A stretch of DNA of 64,000 bases. It comes from an uncultured Gammaproteobacteria bacterium (GTDB taxonomy: Bacteria; Pseudomonadota; Gammaproteobacteria; Steroidobacterales; Rariloculaceae). Shown piece after piece: positions 38,304 to 45,557 of this stretch. How positions within the stretch are numbered: position 1 is the stretch's first letter; every line of letters begins with the position of its first letter. The position numbers were made by a program, and so were the translations under genes. The notes under the pieces were generated by a model. It was not told where the DNA came from, made no database searches, and saw only the letters and a program-made list of their open reading frames with translations. Where the stretch lies: assembly GCA_964465375.1 (NCBI GenBank), contig CAYXIJ010000005.1, positions 27,079-91,078 on the forward strand. The letters run 5' to 3'.

Positions 38304-38383
38304 AATGAAATCTCCTTTTTTGCTTAAAGGACTATTATTGTGATCCAGTCCGTTGGTTAATTTAATATTTCCAATATTTACTA

Positions 38384-39802
38384 CTAAAATTTTATCCGGG
38401 AAGAAATAACTCTCTTAAATAAGTGCCCAAAAGGTGGTCTCATAATTTTCAAAATAAAGTCGATCGGTGTCTGTTTGTAAACCGCCCTAGGGTTGCTGAA
38501 TGTTTTAAATCCCTCAATTCCATGATAACGGCCCATACCGCTGGCACCAACACCCCCAAAAGGTAGATCGTCCTGTATATAGTGAAAAATAACGTCATTG
38601 ATCGACACCCCACCCGATATGGTATTTTCCAAAACATGAGTTTCTTCTATTTTGTCTTGCCCGAAATAGTATAAGCTCAGGGGTTTGCTCCGATTGTTAA
38701 TATACTGGATAGCATCATCAATTTTTCGGTACGTCTTGATCGGCAGAATTGGCCCAAAGATTTCCTCTTTCATCACCAACATATCGTCAGTCACATCTAA
38801 GATCATTGACGGCATCAGCTTGTAGTATGTGCGCTCCAGTTCCTCCTCCCTACCGGGATTAAATTCTATGATTTGTGCCCCTCTTCTTCTGGCATCCTCC
38901 AGATATTTCTGTAAGCGCTCAAAATGATTTACATTGATTATGGAAGTATAGTCTTCATTCTTAAAAATCAAAGGAAACATCGAGGCTATAGAGTTTGTAG
39001 ATGCCTCAATCCAAGGCTCCAGATTCTCTTCCGGAATAAAAAGATAGTCTGGAGCAATACAAGTCTGGCCACCATTCATCAATTTTCCGTTCCACACACG
39101 CTCTGCGACGATTTTGAGGTCGGCCGAACAACCCACAATTACCGGGGACTTGCCCCCCAGTTCTAATGTTACTGGGACCAGGTGGGTCGTTGCCGCTGCC
39201 ATGATCTTTTTAGCGACAGCGGTCGAGCCCGTAAAAAAAAGATGATCGAATGCTAGCTTTGAAAATTCTTCTCCTACAGAACCATCTCCCAAGACAACAG
39301 CTATTTCCTCCGGCTCAAAATACTCCGAAATCATCCGCTTCACTAAATTAGAGGACTTCGGGGTAAGCTCAGAGGGTTTAATCATCGCCCGATTCCCGGC
39401 CGCGAGAACCGCTGCAAGCGGCCCAATTATTAAGTTGAATGGGTAATTCCAGGGGCCAATTATCCCAACGCTACCCACTGGCTGATACCGAACATGCGCT
39501 TTCGCACCAAACCAATTAAACGGAGATGCAGCAAAGCGAATATCTGGTTCCATCCATCTTTTTAAATTCTTCTTAATGTACCGGATGGAATCCAGCACCG
39601 CCGCGATATCAGAAAATTTCGAAATAATGGGAGAGCGGTGGCCAAAATCTTCAACCAAAGCATCGGGTATATGATCCTGAAATTCAATCATCATATACAT
39701 CAACCTGTCTAAGCGATCCAAGCGAACCGAAATGCTCGGAATACCCTCCGCGAGCGACCTCATTTTTTGTCTTGTAAGCGTATTGTTCAAGTTGCTGACC
39801 AA
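38384..39802 (-). CDS. Class-3-type aldehyde dehydrogenase (coniferyl/fatty aldehyde dehydrogenase-like)
   Basis: 472 aa with a TTG start. Motifs: GPWNYPFNLIIGPLAAVLAAGN, ELGGKSP, and the catalytic Cys context GQTCIAPDY. Confidence 0.85.
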   Translation of the reverse strand: MVSNLNNTLTRQKMRSLAEGIPSISVRLDRLDRLMYMMIEFQDHIPDALVEDFGHRSPIISKFSDIAAVLDSIRYIKKNLKRWMEPDIRFAASPFNWFGAKAHVRYQPVGSVGIIGPWNYPFNLIIGPLAAVLAAGNRAMIKPSELTPKSSNLVKRMISEYFEPEEIAVVLGDGSVGEEFSKLAFDHLFFTGSTAVAKKIMAAATTHLVPVTLELGGKSPVIVGCSADLKIVAERVWNGKLMNGGQTCIAPDYLFIPEENLEPWIEASTNSIASMFPLIFKNEDYTSIINVNHFERLQKYLEDARRRGAQIIEFNPGREEELERTYYKLMPSMILDVTDDMLVMKEEIFGPILPIKTYRKIDDAIQYINNRSKPLSLYYFGQDKIEETHVLENTISGGVSINDVIFHYIQDDLPFGGVGASGMGRYHGIEGFKTFSNPRAVYKQTPIDFILKIMRPPFGHLFKRVISSRIKF

Positions 39803-39857
39803 GGAATTTCTGTAGTCTTTTTATTGCGGTTTTCTTGGTGGATCAATTGATTTCAGA

Positions 39858-40217
39858 TTAAGGATCAATAAGCCCTTCGTCTACATAGCTATTTCTACTC
39901 CACAATAACCGACCGTCCACCTCGAAAAACTCCCAAAGACCGTCTCGTTTCCCTTCTCTGAAATTCTGTCTGCTTCTTACCTGCCCATTTTCGTAGTACC
40001 ATTCAGCCAATCCATCTCGCTTCCCATCCCTAAAGGCTATTTTTGCCCTCAGTTGCCCGTTCTCGTAATAACTCTCATAAAGTCCGTCTTCCCTTCCATC
40101 TTTATAGTTGGCTCTGGTCTGTATTTGACCATTTTCGTAGTAGGCCTCATGGGCTCCATCCTGAGGAGAACAAGCACTCAGAAAAAAAATACCAAAAAGG
40201 GACAAAAATATTTTCAT
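39858..40217 (-). CDS. MORN-variant (YwqK-like) repeat lipoprotein, paralog A
   Basis: The listed ORF is 39858..40316. I start it at the ATG at 40217, giving MKIFLSLFGIFFLSAC (lipobox LSAC). Four repeats of about 23 aa follow, of the form YYENGQxxxxxN[YF][KR][DE]GKRDGL. Confidence 0.7.
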   Translation of the reverse strand: MKIFLSLFGIFFLSACSPQDGAHEAYYENGQIQTRANYKDGREDGLYESYYENGQLRAKIAFRDGKRDGLAEWYYENGQVRSRQNFREGKRDGLWEFFEVDGRLLWSRNSYVDEGLIDP

Positions 40218-40349
40218 GAATGCCGACTGCCAAGTATGACCCATCCCTTTGTAGTTATTTTCCGCATCGATCAACGAAAGGTCTACCTTATGTCTGTCTG
40301 TGCTCTTGCTGCCCATGAAATGACTTATCCAGCCGGCTGGAATAAAACT

Positions 40350-41120
40350 TCAGTTTCTTAAAAACACGGGAGTATATTCTGCGGAGTCCTTTCTTGAAAA
40401 AAAGTAACCCTCTTCACTAAAGTCATTAAGATCTTCTGCTTTTGTTACCTTGTTTTTAATAATCCAGGAAGTCATCAAACCTCTGGCTTTTTTTGCATAA
40501 AAACTAATAATTTTATAGCTTCCTTTAGAATGGTCCTTAAAAATCGGGGAAATGACTTTTATTTTTTTAGGTAGAGATTTTATTGAATTAAAATATTCCT
40601 TTGAGGCTAAATTAATCAAAAGATTTGATTTCATATCATTCAACTCTTTTATAATTTCCTCTGAGATGGTACAACCCCAGAAATCATAAAGGTTTTTCCC
40701 TTTTTCTGACTCTAATTTTGTGCCCATTTCCAAACGGTACGGCTCTATGACATCAAGGGGCTTCAAAACCCCATACAGGCCTGAGAGTAATCTTAGGTGT
40801 CTTTGGCAGAAATCTAATTCATTTTTTGATAATTCTTCTGCCTTTAAGCCTTGATAAACATCTCCCTTGAAAACAAATACAGACTGTTTTGACGTCTTCG
40901 AGATTTTTTTCTGGCCCTTCCAAGACTGATATCTGTTGGTATTTAACAGGGATAATTTATCGCTGAGCTTCATTAACTGCGATATTTCGGAAGGATTTTT
41001 TGATTTAAGGATTTTTATCAGTTGCTTAGATTTTGGCAAAAGACTAGGAACAGTAAATGGTACATGCCCAAGCGACGTATCGTAATCAAGGGTCTTGGCT
41101 GGGGATAATAAAATAATCAT
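40350..41120 (-). CDS. yaaA: Peroxide stress protein YaaA (DUF328/UPF0246)
   Basis: 256 aa with the N-terminus MIILLSPAKTLD and a YaaA-typical length. It is very AT-rich: two 60-nt samples counted by hand gave 17/60 and 19/60 G+C. Confidence 0.85.
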   Translation of the reverse strand: MIILLSPAKTLDYDTSLGHVPFTVPSLLPKSKQLIKILKSKNPSEISQLMKLSDKLSLLNTNRYQSWKGQKKISKTSKQSVFVFKGDVYQGLKAEELSKNELDFCQRHLRLLSGLYGVLKPLDVIEPYRLEMGTKLESEKGKNLYDFWGCTISEEIIKELNDMKSNLLINLASKEYFNSIKSLPKKIKVISPIFKDHSKGSYKIISFYAKKARGLMTSWIIKNKVTKAEDLNDFSEEGYFFSRKDSAEYTPVFLRN

Positions 41121-41199
41121 AAATCCATTTTATGACCGAAAAGGTTAATTCTCAAACCCGCTTCTCAGCCGTAGACCCACTGTTTGTGGTGCCATAGCT

Positions 41200-41601
41200 C
41201 TATTCCTTATCCTCCAGTACCCCCCTCTCCCTGAGCTGCTTACGAATATTCGTAGCACTAATCAATTGAATTTTTTCATCGAGTATCTCCTCTTCGATTG
41301 CGTATCCTACGCCCCGGCCATATGAGATATTGACGATGTTGGGAACCAGCATAATTTCAAAATCAAGCCCCCTTTTAAAGCCATCCCTGAGGAGACTGTC
41401 TTCGATATTTTTACAAACCGACTCCCAATTAAAAGGATTATCGTCCTGCGAATCACCGCCTGACGCATTGTGAACATCTCGGACTTGAATCATGACCTGG
41501 CCTGTCTTTGCTATACATCTCTTGAAAAGAGCCTGATGACCATCGTGCCAGGGCTGCCAGCGACCTAACATTTGAACAGTCGGTTTTTTCCAATCAAACA
41601 T
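41200..41601 (-). CDS. Small cytidylyltransferase-like (HxGH) nucleotidyltransferase
   Basis: 133 aa. It has GRWQPWHDGH (matching the GxFxPxHxGH class) and the C-terminal ISATNIRKQL (ISxTxxR motif). Its ATG overlaps the stop of the upstream kinase gene in ATGTTTGA. Confidence 0.6.
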   Translation of the reverse strand: MFDWKKPTVQMLGRWQPWHDGHQALFKRCIAKTGQVMIQVRDVHNASGGDSQDDNPFNWESVCKNIEDSLLRDGFKRGLDFEIMLVPNIVNISYGRGVGYAIEEEILDEKIQLISATNIRKQLRERGVLEDKE

Positions 41602-42004
41602 TTTGCAGAATTTTGTCAGCTATCATTTTGTGGTTTGAGTTATTCCATTCTTTAATATGGAAATCCACACGCTCAGGATGCTCAAACATCTTGTTCGTAT
41701 CATCAAACCTACCTTCCTTAATGGTATCCATCCAGATCACAATATCCGGTTCGAAGATTCTCTGTGCTTCCTTGGTTGGACATATGAAATCACAGATAAC
41801 GAATCTAGAATATGATTTTTCGAAATCTGCAAAGGCTTTCATTCGTAGACTTTGACGAAGTCGCCCGTCCTTGCTGAAATCCCAGTCGTTAGCCATCCTT
41901 CTTACATGGTCAGCGTTATACCATGCGGCTTTTAACAGTGGTTGCAATCGTTCGGCGAGATATGTCTTTCCACTACCCGGCAGACCCATGACAAGTATTT
42001 TCAT
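41594..42004 (-). CDS. Small P-loop kinase (APS-kinase/NadR-RNK-like fold)
   Basis: 136 aa with the Walker A motif MGLPGSGKTYLAERL, followed by NADHVRRMANDWDFSKDGRLRQ, which resembles the adenylylsulfate-kinase DGDxxR...FS..DR segment. Confidence 0.6.
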   Translation of the reverse strand: MKILVMGLPGSGKTYLAERLQPLLKAAWYNADHVRRMANDWDFSKDGRLRQSLRMKAFADFEKSYSRFVICDFICPTKEAQRIFEPDIVIWMDTIKEGRFDDTNKMFEHPERVDFHIKEWNNSNHKMIADKILQNV

Positions 42005-42190
42005 CTGAATACTACTTATTTCTATTGCGTCAAAATTTTTTTAATCAGGCTGCTTTAGCTTGTTCACTTGAATAGCACAATAACTCAATCACGTAGCTAA
42101 AATTAGCTTATACCCATATAATTTTATCGTTTAATCGACAAGAGTATTATGTATCACTCTGCCAGAAAGTTTTTCTAAATTTGATAACAA

Positions 42191-42850
42191 CTAGGGGGAA
42201 ACCAAGTCCCCGTCTTTGTAATTCAGTGTTATGTAAACCTCACCGTTTTCATCGAAGAAACTCCAAACACCATCCGGCTTCCCGTTTTTTAACTCTCCGC
42301 TGCTCCACAATTGACCATTTTCATGGAACATCTCAAGAGGCCCATCTGGCTCCCCATTTTTCAGCACCCACCTTTCCTTCAACTGGCCGTTTGCGTGAAA
42401 TCCCTCCCAAAGACCTTCTCTTTTCCCGTCCCTGTAGGTTCCAGACTCAATCAACTGACCGTTTTCATTAAACCATTCCTGAGTACCTTCCTGCCTCCCC
42501 TCTACAAAATTTCTTCTCCTCCACAATTGACCATGATCGTAAAAAACTTCAGAAAAACCCTCTGGCCTCCCGTCTTTTGAATTTCCTCTGCTCCACAGTT
42601 GACCGTTCGGATGGAAATACTCCCATGCGCCTTCCCGGACCCCGTCCCGGTAGTTTCTCCTTTCTTTCAGTTGGCCGTTTTCGTAGAACTCCTCAACGGT
42701 CCCAGTGACAGGCTCATTGGTGGCTTCGTGGTAGATGATATTTTCCCTGATCTCGAAAGGTCCTGTGACAACCTCTTGGGAATCAGCGCAAGGGATCAGG
42801 AGTAGGACACCGAAGAAAGGGAATAGGGGTTTCACGAGGACCATATTCAT
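42191..42850 (-). CDS. MORN-variant (YwqK-like) repeat exported protein, paralog B
   Basis: 219 aa with an N-terminal signal-like segment (MNMVLVKPLFPFFGVLLLIPCA), then EVVTGPFEIRENIIYHEATNEPVTGTVEEFYENGQL, and about eight 23-aa repeats of the form F[YHF]xNGQLxxxxxxxxGxxxG. Confidence 0.75.
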   Translation of the reverse strand: MNMVLVKPLFPFFGVLLLIPCADSQEVVTGPFEIRENIIYHEATNEPVTGTVEEFYENGQLKERRNYRDGVREGAWEYFHPNGQLWSRGNSKDGRPEGFSEVFYDHGQLWRRRNFVEGRQEGTQEWFNENGQLIESGTYRDGKREGLWEGFHANGQLKERWVLKNGEPDGPLEMFHENGQLWSSGELKNGKPDGVWSFFDENGEVYITLNYKDGDLVSP

Positions 42851-42874
42851 AGGCTCACTCTACAAAGAGAACCC

Positions 42875-43015
42875 TCAGTAGAAGAAAACCCTTATAACGA
42901 TCACGGTGAGGATCACTCCCTTTAGAAAGGTTAGCCAGAGCATTCCATAATCGCTGATCCGTAGTTTCCTTTGCCACCAGTCGATATATCTCTTATGCCA
43001 TTTGATTAGGTTCAT
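42875..43015 (-). CDS. Candidate 46-aa tail-anchored membrane protein (below the ORF-track cutoff)
   Basis: Translated by hand from ATG 43015 to TGA 42877-42875: MNLIKWHKRYIDWWQRKLRISDYGMLWLTFLKGVILTVIVIRVFFY. It has a basic, Trp-rich N-terminal half and one C-terminal TM helix. It lies 24 nt upstream of MORN paralog B on the same strand. No clear Shine-Dalgarno sequence is present. Confidence 0.3.
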   Translation of the reverse strand: MNLIKWHKRYIDWWQRKLRISDYGMLWLTFLKGVILTVIVIRVFFY

Positions 43016-43177
43016 TACTGTTTAAGGACTTCTGAATATGAATTTAATCCATGAGTCAGTTCTACTCTACCGTAACGGAATTATCTTAACCACTCCGACG
43101 ATTTTTATTTTATTAATCACAATATAATACGGAAATTTAACCAAAACAGAGACGCACAGGAACGGAATGCTAATCGA

Positions 43178-43600
43178 ATGAGACTTCTTACCATCCTCTA
43201 TCTAGTTCTTCTGGTTTCTTGTTCTCAGGAACCCGAAGTTGTGACGGGTCCATTTATTGTGAGGGATGGCATCACTTACGACCAGAACACGAACAAACCT
43301 TTGACCGGGATTGTTGAGGAGCTCTATGACAATGGCCAATTAGAGAGAAGAGGAAACTGGAAGGACGGGACACTAGACGGTCTTAGTGAGTTCTTCTACG
43401 AAAATGGTCAATTAGAGTTTAGAGAAAACTACATAGACGGGGAATTAGAGGGTCTTGTTGAGTGGTTCTATACAAATGGTCAATTATGGTACCGAGAAAA
43501 CTGGAAAGACGGGAAAGAGGATGGTCTCTGGGAATACTTCGACGAAGACGGAAACTTGATCAGGACAGAGACATGGGAGAACGGAGTACAGGTCGAATGA
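43178..43600 (+). CDS. MORN-variant (YwqK-like) repeat lipoprotein, paralog C
   Basis: 140 aa with MRLLTILYLVLLVSCSQ (lipobox LVSC), then EVVTGPFIVRDGITYDQNTNKPLTGIVEELYDNGQL (the same leader module as paralog B), and four to five 23-aa repeats. Confidence 0.75.
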   Translation: MRLLTILYLVLLVSCSQEPEVVTGPFIVRDGITYDQNTNKPLTGIVEELYDNGQLERRGNWKDGTLDGLSEFFYENGQLEFRENYIDGELEGLVEWFYTNGQLWYRENWKDGKEDGLWEYFDEDGNLIRTETWENGVQVE

Positions 43601-43649
43601 GATTTTACGAATACTGGACTGGTGGATCTAAAAAACCCATACATCAAAC

Positions 43650-45485
43650 TCATTCAACAGTGACCGATTTAGCTAGATTGCGGGGCTGGTCTATGTCGGT
43701 ACCTTTTAATACGGCGGCATGATAAGCCAGTAGCTGCAATGGCACAGCGTAAAGGAGAGGCTCCTGAATAGGCTGCACATGCGCGGGCATGCGCAAGATT
43801 CGCACGTTTTCATCTTCACCTAAATGGACCTCTGGATCTGCAAACACGTAGAGCTGCCCCCCGCGCGCTCTGACTTCCTCAAGATTTGACTTCAGCTTTT
43901 CCAGCAATTCGTTATTGGGAGCAACTGCCACTACGGGCATATCGTCATCTACTAGGGCCAAAGGCCCGTGCTTGAGTTCGCCCGCTGCATAAGCCTCAGC
44001 ATGAATGTAGGAAATTTCCTTTAACTTCAGAGCGCCCTCCATAGCTATTGGGTTCAATGCCCCTCGACCCAAAAATAAGGCATGGTGTTTATCCGCGAAC
44101 TCTCTTGCCAAGTCTGCAATGGCATTGTTCAGCACCAGACTCTGCTCAACCATGCCTGGTATTTCTGCCAAATGAGCTACTAACTCCCGCTCCGTGCTGG
44201 AGCTTAGTCCACGATGCCTCGCAATCACAATCGTAAGCATAAGCAGGGCCGCAAGCTGAGTGGTAAAGGCCTTGGTCGAAGCAACACCGATTTCCTGGCC
44301 TGCCCGAGTCATCAGCACAAGATCCGATTCGCGTGTAAGTGAACTTTCGGATACGTTACAAATTGCCAATGTGGCGACATAGCCAAGTTCATTGGCAGCT
44401 CGTAAAGCTGCGAGCGTATCAGCAGTTTCGCCGGACTGAGAAATGGCAACGAAAAGAGTATTTTCGGGCACCACCGGAGATCGGTAACGGTACTCGCTGG
44501 CAATATCCACGCTACAAGGCAAGCGCGCTATCTCTTCTAATTGATATCGAGCTACCAACCCTGCATGATAACTGGTACCACAAGCAACGATGTGTACACC
44601 TGTTGCTTTTTTGAGAACTTCTTCTGCATTCTCACCAAATATGGAATCTGGAATACCGCCATCACTGATGCGCCGATCCAGTGTCTGCATCAACGCCGCA
44701 GGTTGTTCGTGGATTTCTTTCTCCATGTAATGATTAAACCGGCCGCGCTCTGCAGCGTCCGCTGTAAGCTCGCTTTCTCGGACCGGCCGTTCCACTTCAT
44801 GGCCCGTGACATCAAAAATTGTTACGGAATCTTTTCGTAGGACTGCAATGTCCCCTTCCTCAAGAAATTGAAACTGTTGGGTTACGGGTAACAGCGCCGC
44901 AACATCCGAAGCAACGAAGTTCTCCCCAGAACCTAGGCCCACCACAACTGGGGTGCCTGTGCGAACAGTAAACAGTGCCTCGGGATCATGGGTACTAAGA
45001 ACCACCAATGATGCATAACCACCCTCCAGTTCTTTCACTGTCTGGCTGATGGCCAAATACATGTCATTAGTATTTTTCAGATGGTGACGAATGCGGTGCG
45101 CAACAACTTCTGTATCAGTTTCCGAGTTGAACTCAAATCCCGCAGCTTGTAGTTCACCACGTAATTTTGCATGGTTTTCAATAATGCCATTGTGAGCCAC
45201 GGCAACTTCACCGCCCGATAGATGAGGATGCGCGTTGCCTTCGCTGGGCGTGCCGTGTGTCGCCCAACGTGTGTGGGCGATACCAATATAGCCGCTTATA
45301 TCCTGGCCCCTTAGCGCGCTTTGCAACCCCTTGACTTTGCCCAAGCGCCTCACGCGCTCAATTTTCTTTTCATGGACTACGGCGAGGCCAGCCGAATCAT
45401 ATCCACGGTATTCCAAACGCTGGAGTCCTTCCAAAAGAACAGGAATTATGTCCCGACTGGCTACCGCGCCTACGATTCCGCACAT
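43650..45485 (-). CDS. glmS: Glutamine--fructose-6-phosphate aminotransferase
   Basis: 611 aa with the N-terminus MCGIVGAV, two SIS domains and the C-terminal NLAKSVTVE. Confidence 0.95.
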   Translation of the reverse strand: MCGIVGAVASRDIIPVLLEGLQRLEYRGYDSAGLAVVHEKKIERVRRLGKVKGLQSALRGQDISGYIGIAHTRWATHGTPSEGNAHPHLSGGEVAVAHNGIIENHAKLRGELQAAGFEFNSETDTEVVAHRIRHHLKNTNDMYLAISQTVKELEGGYASLVVLSTHDPEALFTVRTGTPVVVGLGSGENFVASDVAALLPVTQQFQFLEEGDIAVLRKDSVTIFDVTGHEVERPVRESELTADAAERGRFNHYMEKEIHEQPAALMQTLDRRISDGGIPDSIFGENAEEVLKKATGVHIVACGTSYHAGLVARYQLEEIARLPCSVDIASEYRYRSPVVPENTLFVAISQSGETADTLAALRAANELGYVATLAICNVSESSLTRESDLVLMTRAGQEIGVASTKAFTTQLAALLMLTIVIARHRGLSSSTERELVAHLAEIPGMVEQSLVLNNAIADLAREFADKHHALFLGRGALNPIAMEGALKLKEISYIHAEAYAAGELKHGPLALVDDDMPVVAVAPNNELLEKLKSNLEEVRARGGQLYVFADPEVHLGEDENVRILRMPAHVQPIQEPLLYAVPLQLLAYHAAVLKGTDIDQPRNLAKSVTVE

Positions 45486-45557
45486 AAGCCACTACTCTCC
45501 CAAGACGTCCTTAAAAACATTACTGCCAATTCTTCATGAAAAAGCGAATCCTGCCTA

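Noticed and set aside
39858-43600. Treating the MORN-variant proteins as YwqK-type antitoxins of a toxin-antitoxin or polymorphic-toxin system.
   Set aside because: All three carry signal or lipoprotein export sequences, and no LXG/deaminase or other toxin gene is adjacent. The database label reflects repeat homology only.
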